Shown here one piece after another: positions 1 to 8,861 of a stretch of 64,000 bases of DNA; the stretch's first letter is position 1, and the number at the start of each line of letters is the position of its first letter. The position numbers and the translations under genes were made by a program. Where the stretch lies: positions 3,276,669 to 3,340,668 of the forward strand of contig OY781089.1 in assembly GCA_963676565.1 (NCBI GenBank). The letters are read 5' to 3'. The stretch comes from Halarcobacter sp. (GTDB lineage Bacteria; Campylobacterota; Campylobacteria; Campylobacterales; Arcobacteraceae). Below the pieces are notes generated by a model. That model had not been told where the DNA came from. It did no database searches and was given only the letters and a program-made list of their open reading frames with translations.

Positions 1-553
1 CTAGATATTTTCTGTTAACTTGCAGTTCCATAGTTTTAGGGTTATGACAATCCACACAACCAATAGGATTAATAATGTCAGAACCATATTTTGCCCATTT
101 ACCAGTGAAGTACTCTAAATCACCTTGCTCATTCATAATTCTTGGTACATCTGGAGATTTACAAGTCCAACATGCAGTTGGCATAGGACCAGTTTTTGAG
201 TCAACAGGAGCACCTGTTCTTAATGTATTTCTATTATCTTCGATTGCATAGAAGTGCCCTCTTGGAGCATTATAATCTTTTGCAAATCCATATCCAGCCC
301 ATAATACGGCCAACTCTGGATACTCTTTTAACATATCATCTATGTCATCGCTTTCTTTTGTTTTTTTCCATGAGTCATATTGTCTTGGATAAAACTTTTT
401 AAACTCTTCATTTTTTGTTTGCCATCTGTCAACTTGTGGTACAGAGTTTATGATTTTTTGTTCTTCTTTCTTCTCATTAATAGATGCAATTAATGCTGTT
501 AAACAACCAATTGCTATTAATGAAGCAGCAAGTAACACTTTAAACTTCTTCAT
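1..553 (-). CDS. nrfA: Cytochrome c nitrite reductase catalytic subunit NrfA, 5' part (runs off window start)
   Basis: Manual translation from ATG 553: MKKFKVLLAASLIAIGC...LWAGYGFAKDYNAPRGH...ACWTCKSPDVP...GCVDCH. Has the diagnostic CxxCK heme-1 motif and lies directly downstream of nrfH. Not in the ORF track. Confidence 0.97.
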   Translation of the reverse strand, partial: MKKFKVLLAASLIAIGCLTALIASINEKKEEQKIINSVPQVDRWQTKNEEFKKFYPRQYDSWKKTKESDDIDDMLKEYPELAVLWAGYGFAKDYNAPRGHFYAIEDNRNTLRTGAPVDSKTGPMPTACWTCKSPDVPRIMNEQGDLEYFTGKWAKYGSDIINPIGCVDCHNPKTMELQVNRKYL

Positions 554-567
554 CTTCCTTCCCCTTC

Positions 568-1104
568 TTATTTCATTCTTTCTTTAACACCAATACTATA
601 TGGAGTTGATGTTAAACTACGTACTTTGCCATGAGGTGTGAACTTATGACAATCCCAACACTTTCGATCACTATTTAAACTATACTCATCACCACTATGG
701 TAATTCTTTGCATTAGCCCCCATTTGAGATGTTAAATCTCCATGACATCTAATACAATTTGCTTGTACTCTACTTGCACCATCTTCACTTATGTCAATAT
801 TATTTTCATAAGTGTTCATTGTAAATGCTACCGAGTGATTCCATCCGTCAATTGCTTTTGCTTTGTATTTAGCAACCACATCTCCAACAGGCAAGTGACA
901 ATCAACACAGCTTGCAACATCTTTGTGTGAACTTTTAGACCACGTTGCATATGCTGAGTTCATGGTGTGACAATTAATACATGCCTTTGGATCACTAGAC
1001 AGATATGACAACATTTTAGATGCATATACCGTATAACCAAATAAACCAACAGCGATAAGAAAACTTAAAATAGAACCGTAAACAACAATTTTGTTTCTTT
1101 CCAT
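568..1104 (-). CDS. nrfH: Tetraheme NapC/NirT-family quinol dehydrogenase NrfH
   Basis: N-terminal TM helix, four CxxCH motifs (CINCH, CVDCH, CIRCH, CWDCH). Start moved from 1125 to ATG 1104 because of an AAGGA RBS and the promoter position. Confidence 0.96.
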   Translation of the reverse strand: MERNKIVVYGSILSFLIAVGLFGYTVYASKMLSYLSSDPKACINCHTMNSAYATWSKSSHKDVASCVDCHLPVGDVVAKYKAKAIDGWNHSVAFTMNTYENNIDISEDGASRVQANCIRCHGDLTSQMGANAKNYHSGDEYSLNSDRKCWDCHKFTPHGKVRSLTSTPYSIGVKERMK

Positions 1105-1129
1105 TCTTAATCCTTTAAACTGCATTGAA

Positions 1130-1171
1130 AGTATAAGAATTTTTTAAAGAAGTTTCCTTGACCTAAATCAA
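1130..1171 (-). promoter_or_regulatory. nrfHA promoter: Crp/Fnr-type box plus -10
   Basis: TTGACCTAAATCAA at 1158-1171; -10 TATACT (minus strand) at 1130-1135; 22-bp gap. Confidence 0.75.
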
Positions 1172-1422
1172 GAATGAATAATTATTTATACTATAAAAAG
1201 GTGCTTTTTGATATAAATTATTTTTTACCTAAATCTATATAATTTATAATAATCTCTTTTTAAGTTCTTGTTTTTTTATAAAAATACCTTTTTTTAGAGC
1301 TTTAGTAGAATTAAATATAAGTAAAGTTTATACTAATATTTAAAGTAGTTTTTATAGTTGGATTTTTAATAATTTTTATAAATAATTTTTGATTAAAATT
1401 TTGAATTAAAAATTTCTTTTTC

Positions 1423-1464
1423 TTAACCTAAATCAATTTTTATTTAATTTTATATTGTTATTAT
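1423..1464 (+). promoter_or_regulatory. Promoter of NrfJ-like gene: Crp/Fnr-type box plus extended -10
   Basis: TTAACCTAAATCAA at 1423-1436; TGT-TATTAT with hexamer at 1459-1464; 22-bp gap. Confidence 0.65.
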
Positions 1465-1494
1465 TATGAATAATTATTCACATAAAGGTAAATC

Positions 1495-2199
1495 ATGTTT
1501 AAAAAATTGACTTTAGGATGTTTATCAATCCTTTTATCAACAAACTTAGCGTATGCATTAAATGAACCCCATGAAGTAAAAGTTTTAGAAAGCATAAATA
1601 GTGGCGCTTATACTTACTTAAAAGTAGAAGAAAAAGGCGAACAATATTGGGCTGCTATTATGAAAACACCAATTAAAGTTGGTAGTTCAATCACTATAAA
1701 AGAGCAAGTTTGGATGAAAAACTTTAAAAGCAAAACATTAGATAAAACTTTCGATAAGATTTTATTTGCAATGTATCCTAAAAAAGCCATTTCAGGAGTT
1801 GATAATATTCACTCTATTCATGGAGATATGATTAATAAAAAACAAAAACAAGCAATGAAACCAAATCCAAAATTTAATGAAAAAGTTGTTGTAGCTAAAG
1901 GTTCTGCTATAAAAACAACTATCTCTGAGATTTTTTCTAATAAAGACAAATTTAAAAACAAAAATGTAGAGATTCAAGGTGAGGTTTTACAAGTCTCTAA
2001 TAAAGTTATGGGTAATACTTGGGTTAAAATTTATGATGGCAAAGAAGCTGTTATTTTTAGATCACCTAATGAAGATGAAAAAATTGCAGTTGGAAACAAA
2101 GTAAAAGTTGTTGGGACAATTAATACAAATGTAGATTATGGTTTTGGTTATGCCTATGAAGTTATTGGAATAAATGGTAAATTTGAAGTAATTAACTAA
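1495..2199 (+). CDS. Exported NrfJ-like protein with C-terminal OB-fold domain
   Basis: Signal peptide ending AYA; motif VLESINSGAYTYLKV...YWAA...MKNFKSKTLDKTFDKILF recalled from NrfJ-related proteins; C-terminal GEVLQVSNKVMGNTWVKI OB-like segment; divergent from nrfH. Confidence 0.65.
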   Translation: MFKKLTLGCLSILLSTNLAYALNEPHEVKVLESINSGAYTYLKVEEKGEQYWAAIMKTPIKVGSSITIKEQVWMKNFKSKTLDKTFDKILFAMYPKKAISGVDNIHSIHGDMINKKQKQAMKPNPKFNEKVVVAKGSAIKTTISEIFSNKDKFKNKNVEIQGEVLQVSNKVMGNTWVKIYDGKEAVIFRSPNEDEKIAVGNKVKVVGTINTNVDYGFGYAYEVIGINGKFEVIN

Positions 2200-2227
2200 A
2201 AAGTAGTAGAGATTTCTACTGCTTTTT
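2198..2227. terminator. Bidirectional intrinsic terminator
   Basis: AAAAAGTAGTAGA-gatt-TCTACTGCTTTTT between convergent genes. Confidence 0.75.
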
Positions 2228-3683
2228 ATACATTTCTTATAACTTTATTTCTTCCTGTTCTTTTTGCGGTATATAGTAAATCATCTGCATTTTGAAGAAT
2301 CTCATCAATATACTCTTCTTTATTTTTATTTGAACTAATTCCAATAGAGATTGTAAATTTTACCTCAATATTATTTATTTTCATTATATTTTCATCACAT
2401 TTTTTTCTAATCTTTTCAGCTAAATAAGAAACATACTCTTCATCTTTATCAAATAAAGATATACAAAACTCTTCTCCCCCTATTCTTCCAAAAACTGCAT
2501 CTTTATCAATTATTGATAAGATAGTTAAACAAAACTCTTGTAAAACACTATCTCCTATAGCATGACCATAATTATCATTTATCTTTTTAAAATGATCAAT
2601 GTCAATTAATAATACAAAGTAATTTTTATTCTCTTCATTTGCTTTAGTTAAAAGATCTTTACTCTGTAGAAAAAAAGATCTTCTATTTTTGATATTAGTT
2701 AATGAATCTATGGTAGATAACTTATATAATTCTTTGTTTTTTTCTTCTATAAGTCTAATACTATTATCAAGGTTTTCAGTTCTTTTTTGAACTTCAAGTT
2801 CAAGTTTTTCATTGTATTGTTGTAATGTTTTTTGTTTTATATAAGATGAATACATAAATAAAGCTAAAAGAATAGTGATAATAAGATTATAATAATAAGT
2901 TACACGTAAACCATCATCTAATACCTCAGCAGTGTTTACAGTTTCTAAATTAAATAAAAATCTGTCCTTTGAGAAAAATCCAATATTACTATAGATTTTG
3001 TTATCTTCAAAATATGAATATGAATTTATTCTTTTAATATCTTTATTCTCAATAGTATTAACATAATTTTTTTCTGGTTTTAGCAAGCTTAATTTAGTTT
3101 GCTCAAAAACATTAGATATATTTTTAATATACTCTTCATCAATAATTTTTAGAGAATATATAAATCCATTTGAGTCACCTTGCCCATCACTTTTTTTTAC
3201 TTCAAGTTTAACAAGAATAAACAGCTTTTTATTAATAGATTCAATTGAATAAAAATTATCAATATCTTTTAATAAATCAATTACTTTTATCATAAAACTA
3301 TTCTTATCTAAAATATTCATATTTTTAGTATATTTATTAAAAATAATATTATTGGCTTTATCAGTATAAAAAATCATATCGATATTTAAGTAAGATAAAG
3401 TAGATGTACCTTCTCTAAAATTTTCGTAAATATAAGATCCATTTTTATCATTGATAAAGTTGTAAGTATCATCCCATTTACTGTAATCATTTATAACATT
3501 TTTTAGATTACTTATTTCTGTATCAAAATTAGATAGCACTGCGTTTATATTTACATTATTTTTTTTAGTCTCAATATTTTTATAGTTTGGAATAATCATC
3601 CCATACGATATAAGCCATAGGATAATTATGAAAAAAATAAATATTAGTGTAAAATTTAATTTGATAATTTTTAACCCATTCAT
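2226..3683 (-). CDS. Membrane diguanylate cyclase, CHASE4 sensor plus GGDEF domain
   Basis: Two TM segments, CHASE4 motif DYSKWDDTYNF, DIDHFKKINDNYGHAIGD, RIGGEEF. Start ATG 3683 has an AAGG RBS (track start 3716). Confidence 0.9.
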   Translation of the reverse strand: MNGLKIIKLNFTLIFIFFIIILWLISYGMIIPNYKNIETKKNNVNINAVLSNFDTEISNLKNVINDYSKWDDTYNFINDKNGSYIYENFREGTSTLSYLNIDMIFYTDKANNIIFNKYTKNMNILDKNSFMIKVIDLLKDIDNFYSIESINKKLFILVKLEVKKSDGQGDSNGFIYSLKIIDEEYIKNISNVFEQTKLSLLKPEKNYVNTIENKDIKRINSYSYFEDNKIYSNIGFFSKDRFLFNLETVNTAEVLDDGLRVTYYYNLIITILLALFMYSSYIKQKTLQQYNEKLELEVQKRTENLDNSIRLIEEKNKELYKLSTIDSLTNIKNRRSFFLQSKDLLTKANEENKNYFVLLIDIDHFKKINDNYGHAIGDSVLQEFCLTILSIIDKDAVFGRIGGEEFCISLFDKDEEYVSYLAEKIRKKCDENIMKINNIEVKFTISIGISSNKNKEEYIDEILQNADDLLYTAKRTGRNKVIRNV

Positions 3684-3833
3684 TTTATTACCTTTTGATA
3701 AAATAATTATACTCATTAATAGTACTTAAATAGTATCATTTTAAAAATCTATCAAATAAAATAAAATCACAATTTTATTGGTTTTTTGATATGATTATAA
3801 ATTATTATTTTAAATTAATTAAAAGTAACCCTC

Positions 3834-6434
3834 ATGAAAAAAGTTCTTATAACATTATTTTTTATTCTTTTTTTCTTTAAAGAATCCTATGCTTTAGAAA
3901 AAGTCACTCTTCAATTAAAATGGTTTCATCAATTTCAATTTGCAGGATATTATGCCGCTAAAGAGAAAGGTTTTTATTCAGATGTGGGTCTAAATGTGGA
4001 AATCAAACAAAGAGACATAAACTTTAATAATATTGAACAAGTAATAAATAATGAAGCTCAATATGGTGTAGCAGATTCAGTATTATTACTCTACAGAGCA
4101 AAAAAAGAACCTGTAATTATTGTTAGTCCTATATTTCAACATTCGCCAAGTATTTTATTTACTCTAAAAAGTAGTGGCATAAATTCACCATATAAACTAA
4201 ACAACAAAGATGTTCTATTTTATGAAAATGATACTGATGGTTTTTCTATTTTAGCAATGTTAAATAAGCTTAATGTTAAAGCAAATTTAATAAGAAAAAG
4301 AGAAAAAAATGATTATACAAAAGTATTAAACAATGAAGTAATATCTTCTGCAGGATATTTAAGTAATGAACCATTTTATTTAAAAGAAAGAAATATTGAA
4401 TTTAATATCATAAATCCTATGAACTACGGTTTTGATTTATATGGAGATATGCTTTTTACAAATGAAAATGAGATTATCAATCATCCAAATAGAGTAAAAA
4501 AATTTAAAGAAGCAACTTTAAAAGGTTGGAATTATGCCTTAGAAAATAAAGAAGAGATTATAAACTTAATTCATAAAAAATATAATAATGTAAAATCTAT
4601 AAAACATCTAAGATATGAAGCAAATGTAATAGATAAATTAATCTCTAAAGACACTGTGCCATTAGGTTCAATTGATGAAGGAAGGATTCAATATATTTCT
4701 AGTATTTATAAAGAATTTGGTTTAACAAAAAAAGATTTTAATATAAAAGATTTTATTTTTGAAAACTACAAAAAAGATGAAAATAAATTTTTAGATTTAT
4801 CTGTAAAGGATAAAAAATCAAATGAAAATGATAAACTTTATAATGAACTTACTCAAAAAGAAAAAGAGTTTTTAGAAAAACATTCTTTGATTAGATTTAA
4901 AGTGCCATCCAATAATCCACCTTTTTCTTTTCAAGAAAATGGCATTGCACAAGGTGTTGCTGTAGATTATGTTAGAGAAAGTGCTAAAAATGTAGGACTA
5001 GATGTTGAATTTATTATTAATGATGACCCTGTCTTTGAATCTTATGATCATATAAATACTACTAGAAAAAAGTATGATTCTGTTTTATATGCAGTTGAAA
5101 GTTCTGATAGAAAAAGAAAATTATCATTTGGTATACCATATTTATCTTATCCTTTAATGATTGTAAGTAATAGTAATAATCCATTTATTTCATCATTAAA
5201 GGATTTAAAAAATAAAACAATTGTATTAGAAAAAAGATATTTAACTAATAATTGGATAAAAAAAGACTATCCTGATATTAAAATAATAAATGTAGAAAAT
5301 ACATTAGAAGCTCTGAAAATGTTAAATAAAAATAAAGTAGATGCTTATGTAGGGAATGGTTTATTAACTAGCCATTTAAGTGCTATACATGAACTAAAAA
5401 ATGTAAAAATAGTAGCACCTTCAGGATATGGAAATGTAAAGTTTAGTTTTACATCACCTAAACAATGGCCTGAATTAAGTTCTTTATTAAGTAAGGGGTA
5501 TTCAAAAATATCTCAACTTGAACATAATAATATTCGTCAAAAATGGTTATCTCTAAGAACTATTGAAAAAGTTAATTATACAATTATTTGGAATATTATA
5601 TTAGTATCAATTTTGATATTAATAATATTCTTTTGGTGGAACAGAAAAATACATCAAGAGAAAAACAAAACGAAAAAAGTCTTAGAAGAGTTAAAAAAAT
5701 CTCAAAAAAAATTGATACAACAACATGAATTAATCCTAGTGCAGTCTAAAAATGTTGCAATTGGTGAAATGATAGGAAACATTGCTCATCAATGGAGACA
5801 ACCATTATCCATAATATCAACTTCGGCAACAGGTCTTTTATTAGAAAAAGAGTCAGGTTTATTAACTGACAAAAGACTAATTCAGTCATTAAATAATATT
5901 CATGAACATACAAAATACTTATCTAAAACTATAGATACTTTTAGAAACTATCTAAATACAAAAAAAGAGTATTGTGAAGTTATTTTACAAGATAGTATAA
6001 AAGAATCTTTAAATATTTTAGATGCTTCATTTAAAAACAATTTTATAACAATAAAAACAAACGTAGATGATATAGAACCTATTAAAATAAAACTGGTAAA
6101 GGGTGAGTTTTCTGAAGTATTGATTAATATATTAAATAATGCAAAAGATGTCTTATTATCAGAAGAGATAAATTCACCTTGGATAGAGCTTTTAGTTCAA
6201 AAAGAACTTGATAAAATTATAGTTACAATTGAAGATAATGGGGGAGGTATTGATCCTAAAATAATTCATAGAATTTTTGAACCATATTTTACTACAAAGC
6301 ATAAATCACAAGGTACAGGATTAGGACTTCATATGAGTTATAAAATTGTAACTGAAAGTTTAAAAGGCTCAATATATGTAAAAAATACAAATAATGGAGC
6401 CAAGTTTTTTATAGAAGTCCCTACAAGTTTTTAG
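3834..6434 (+). CDS. Sensor histidine kinase with NMT1/THI5-like and PBPb periplasmic domains
   Basis: LQLKWFHQFQFAGYYAAKEKGFY N-terminus, family-3 solute-binding domain, TM helix, H-box IAHQWRQPL, N-box NILNNAKD, DNGGG, GTGLGL. Confidence 0.92.
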   Translation: MKKVLITLFFILFFFKESYALEKVTLQLKWFHQFQFAGYYAAKEKGFYSDVGLNVEIKQRDINFNNIEQVINNEAQYGVADSVLLLYRAKKEPVIIVSPIFQHSPSILFTLKSSGINSPYKLNNKDVLFYENDTDGFSILAMLNKLNVKANLIRKREKNDYTKVLNNEVISSAGYLSNEPFYLKERNIEFNIINPMNYGFDLYGDMLFTNENEIINHPNRVKKFKEATLKGWNYALENKEEIINLIHKKYNNVKSIKHLRYEANVIDKLISKDTVPLGSIDEGRIQYISSIYKEFGLTKKDFNIKDFIFENYKKDENKFLDLSVKDKKSNENDKLYNELTQKEKEFLEKHSLIRFKVPSNNPPFSFQENGIAQGVAVDYVRESAKNVGLDVEFIINDDPVFESYDHINTTRKKYDSVLYAVESSDRKRKLSFGIPYLSYPLMIVSNSNNPFISSLKDLKNKTIVLEKRYLTNNWIKKDYPDIKIINVENTLEALKMLNKNKVDAYVGNGLLTSHLSAIHELKNVKIVAPSGYGNVKFSFTSPKQWPELSSLLSKGYSKISQLEHNNIRQKWLSLRTIEKVNYTIIWNIILVSILILIIFFWWNRKIHQEKNKTKKVLEELKKSQKKLIQQHELILVQSKNVAIGEMIGNIAHQWRQPLSIISTSATGLLLEKESGLLTDKRLIQSLNNIHEHTKYLSKTIDTFRNYLNTKKEYCEVILQDSIKESLNILDASFKNNFITIKTNVDDIEPIKIKLVKGEFSEVLINILNNAKDVLLSEEINSPWIELLVQKELDKIIVTIEDNGGGIDPKIIHRIFEPYFTTKHKSQGTGLGLHMSYKIVTESLKGSIYVKNTNNGAKFFIEVPTSF

Positions 6435-6463
6435 TTTGATTAAAATTTATTAGTTGATTCTTC

Positions 6464-7636
6464 TTATGATTTAATTCTAATCAATGTTTTTGCATATCTT
6501 ATGCTCCAGATAATAAACATAAATATCCACAGCCATGAACTAAGATGTAAAAATCCCATATAAAAAGAAGATTCATTTAAAAATAAGACAGAAGCTAGAA
6601 CTCTTGTAACAACAACTACCTGAGTTAATCCAAACACAAATTTTGTAATTTTATCAGCAACTATTTTTTGAGCAGGAACTGCATGTCCCATCACCACCCT
6701 ACTTCCAAAGCCTATAAGCAATGTTGCTACGAATCCTAAAGCAAAAATATGAAGTGCTAGTTTTAAAGAATAAATTTCAAATATAGATTCAATAAATAAT
6801 GCAACAAAACCAATAATAAGCCAAATAAATGATATAACCAATATAAAAATAATAGCAGGCGATTTTTTATAAATATTTAGATTCATCACAATATATGTAA
6901 AAAACAATGTAGATATAAAAGATGTGATTTTTAACAGAAATAAAAATTCAAACTCTAAAGAGATACCTAATGCCAAAAATAGCCCTACAGAAATCTCCCT
7001 TATATATTTTGGCTTATCCCAAGAGATTGTTTGCATATATGAACTATAAAAGGCTGGTATCATTCTTTGTGCAACTAAAAATACCAAACTAACTAGATAT
7101 GCAAAAAATATTAATAAAGATAGGTTCTTTTGAAAAAGAACTTCTAAAATTAAAAAAATAGCTCCAAATAAAAAAACTAGATTTAAATATATACTATCCT
7201 TTTTAAATGAAACATGACCTTGTTTTATAGTATAATAGAATACTTTCACAAAATAAAACATTGTAAAAGATACTAAAATCTTACCTATATTTGTAAAACC
7301 TAATAAAGATAAAATAATTCCTATTTGAAAGACAAACCATGTATTTAAATAAATCTTCTTATCAATCTCTTTAGAGCCATTAAATTTTGGCATTACTGTT
7401 ATTAAAAAACCTAAAAAAGCATTTGTAAATACTGCATAGTTTAATCCAAAGCCATGTATTAATGAAAAATCTAAAGAGACTTTTCCTAAAAATGAAATAA
7501 ATGTTAAAAGCATAATAACTAATGCGAAAAATATTGAACTAATAAAATATAATTGATGGGATTGAGAAGTAAATCTATCCCACCATTTCTCTTCTATTTT
7601 TGGTGTAAAACCATTGGGGTTTGCTGAAAATTGCAT
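6464..7636 (-). CDS. nnrS: NnrS-family membrane protein (NO stress)
   Basis: Polytopic membrane protein with H...FLGFLITVMP and LHIFALGF...SRVVMGH motifs; Fnr-type box upstream. Confidence 0.82.
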   Translation of the reverse strand: MQFSANPNGFTPKIEEKWWDRFTSQSHQLYFISSIFFALVIMLLTFISFLGKVSLDFSLIHGFGLNYAVFTNAFLGFLITVMPKFNGSKEIDKKIYLNTWFVFQIGIILSLLGFTNIGKILVSFTMFYFVKVFYYTIKQGHVSFKKDSIYLNLVFLFGAIFLILEVLFQKNLSLLIFFAYLVSLVFLVAQRMIPAFYSSYMQTISWDKPKYIREISVGLFLALGISLEFEFLFLLKITSFISTLFFTYIVMNLNIYKKSPAIIFILVISFIWLIIGFVALFIESIFEIYSLKLALHIFALGFVATLLIGFGSRVVMGHAVPAQKIVADKITKFVFGLTQVVVVTRVLASVLFLNESSFYMGFLHLSSWLWIFMFIIWSIRYAKTLIRIKS

Positions 7637-7668
7637 TTTAAATTCCTTAAATGAAAAACATTGATAGG

Positions 7669-7710
7669 ATAATAACAGTATTGATAATGTTTATCATTGA
7701 TATAAATCAA
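7669..7710 (-). promoter_or_regulatory. nnrS promoter: perfect TTGAT-N4-ATCAA box plus extended -10
   Basis: TTGATATAAATCAA at 7697-7710; minus-strand TGT-TATTAT with hexamer at 7669-7674; 22-bp gap. Confidence 0.8.
7682..7696. promoter_or_regulatory. Fur/PerR-like 7-1-7 box
   Basis: TGATAAT-G-TTTATCA, one mismatch to TGATAAT-N-ATTATCA. Confidence 0.5.
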
Positions 7711-7728
7711 GATGATTTAGATAAGGCT

Positions 7729-7770
7729 TTGATTACAATCAATAGTTTTTTTAGATTTTTATATTATGAT
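7729..7770 (+). promoter_or_regulatory. Promoter of Cys-rich small ORF: perfect TTGAT-N4-ATCAA box plus -10
   Basis: TTGATTACAATCAA at 7729-7742; TATGAT at 7765-7770; 22-bp gap. Confidence 0.75.
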
Positions 7771-7793
7771 ATTAAAAATACATTAGGATAGTT

Positions 7794-7976
7794 ATGTTTT
7801 TTAATTTATTTAAGAAAAAAGAATGGAAGAATGAAAAAAAACCAATTTATGTTTGTAAACATTGTAAACTAACATGTAAATCATGTGATTCTATTTATTG
7901 TTTTACATGTTATGTAAATAATGCAAACCCATGTCCTAGATGTGGAAAAAGGAACATTGACTACAAAGCCAATTGA
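7794..7976 (+). CDS. 60-aa protein with four CxxC motifs (putative Zn or Fe-S binding)
   Basis: CKHC-x3-CKSC-x4-CFTC-x7-CPRC; AGGA RBS; dedicated promoter. Confidence 0.75.
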   Translation: MFFNLFKKKEWKNEKKPIYVCKHCKLTCKSCDSIYCFTCYVNNANPCPRCGKRNIDYKAN

Positions 7977-7998
7977 CCTTTTTTATTTAGCTTTTATT

Positions 7999-8778
7999 TT
8001 ATTTATTTGTAAAAGTAGCTTTTCTTTTTTCAATAAAAGCATTCATTCCTTCAGTTTTATCTTCTAAAGAAAAAGTTGAATAAAAAGACTTTCTTTCATT
8101 TTTAAGTCCCACTTCTAAGCTAGATTCATAAGCATTATCTATTGATTCTTTTATTAGTTTTACAACTGGTTGACTCATTGATGCAATCTTTGAAGCAATT
8201 TCAATTGCATCATCTATTACTTCTCCTTTAGTACTAACTTTTGCAACAACTCCATAATCTTTTGCTTCATTTGCATCTATTGTTTCTCCTGTTAAGCACA
8301 TAAGCATAGCTTTTGATTTTCCTACAGCTCTTGTTAATCTTTGAGTTCCACCAATTCCTGGCATAGTCCCTATTGTGATTTCAGGTTGTCCAAACTTTGC
8401 ACTTGTATCACAAATGGTAATATCACATAAAAGAGCCAATTCACAACCTCCACCAAGGGCAACTCCAGAGACTGCTGCAATGATTGGTTTTTTATGATTT
8501 TCTAGATTATTCCACTCTTTAGTTATGAAATCATTGTTATATGCAGTTGCAAAATCTAAAGTTGATAACTCTTTTATATCTGCTCCAGCTGCAAATACAT
8601 TTTCTCCACCTGTTAAAACAATTGCACCTATGCTTTTATCTTCTTCAAATTTTTTAATTGCATCTGAAACTTCATTTATCAATGCAGATGATAATGCATT
8701 ATAAGCTTTAGGTCTATTTAGGGTAATTAAGCCAACAGTGTTATTCCTCTTTTCAACTATAATGTATTTATATTCCAT
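7999..8778 (-). CDS. Enoyl-CoA hydratase (crotonase); candidate acryloyl-CoA hydratase (AcuH/AcuK-like)
   Basis: LNRPKAYNAL, FAAGADIKE, GGGCELAL, FGQPEITIGTMPGIGGTQRL with both catalytic Glu; directly downstream of dddY. Confidence 0.93.
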   Translation of the reverse strand: MEYKYIIVEKRNNTVGLITLNRPKAYNALSSALINEVSDAIKKFEEDKSIGAIVLTGGENVFAAGADIKELSTLDFATAYNNDFITKEWNNLENHKKPIIAAVSGVALGGGCELALLCDITICDTSAKFGQPEITIGTMPGIGGTQRLTRAVGKSKAMLMCLTGETIDANEAKDYGVVAKVSTKGEVIDDAIEIASKIASMSQPVVKLIKESIDNAYESSLEVGLKNERKSFYSTFSLEDKTEGMNAFIEKRKATFTNK

Positions 8779-8801
8779 CTCTTTGCCCCTTAAGTTTTTT
8801 A

Positions 8802-8838
8802 ATTAGTATGAATTAATAGATTATTAATCCATACTAAT
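8802..8838 (-). other. Intergenic hairpin without U-tract between dddY and the crotonase
   Basis: ATTAGTATG(G)ATTAAT-aatct-ATTAAT(T)CATACTAAT on the minus strand, followed by A-rich sequence. Confidence 0.5.
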
Positions 8839-8861
8839 ATATTAAATTATAACTTAATCTA

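Noticed and set aside
196..930. Plus-strand ORFs 196-402 and 742-930
   Set aside because: Antisense shadows of nrfA and nrfH with no recognisable motifs.
1208..1237. Weaker Fnr-like matches (TTGATATAAATTAT, TTTACCTAAATCTA) in the nrfH upstream region
   Set aside because: Two or more mismatches in very AT-rich DNA and not at the 22-bp spacing; possible auxiliary sites but unsupported.
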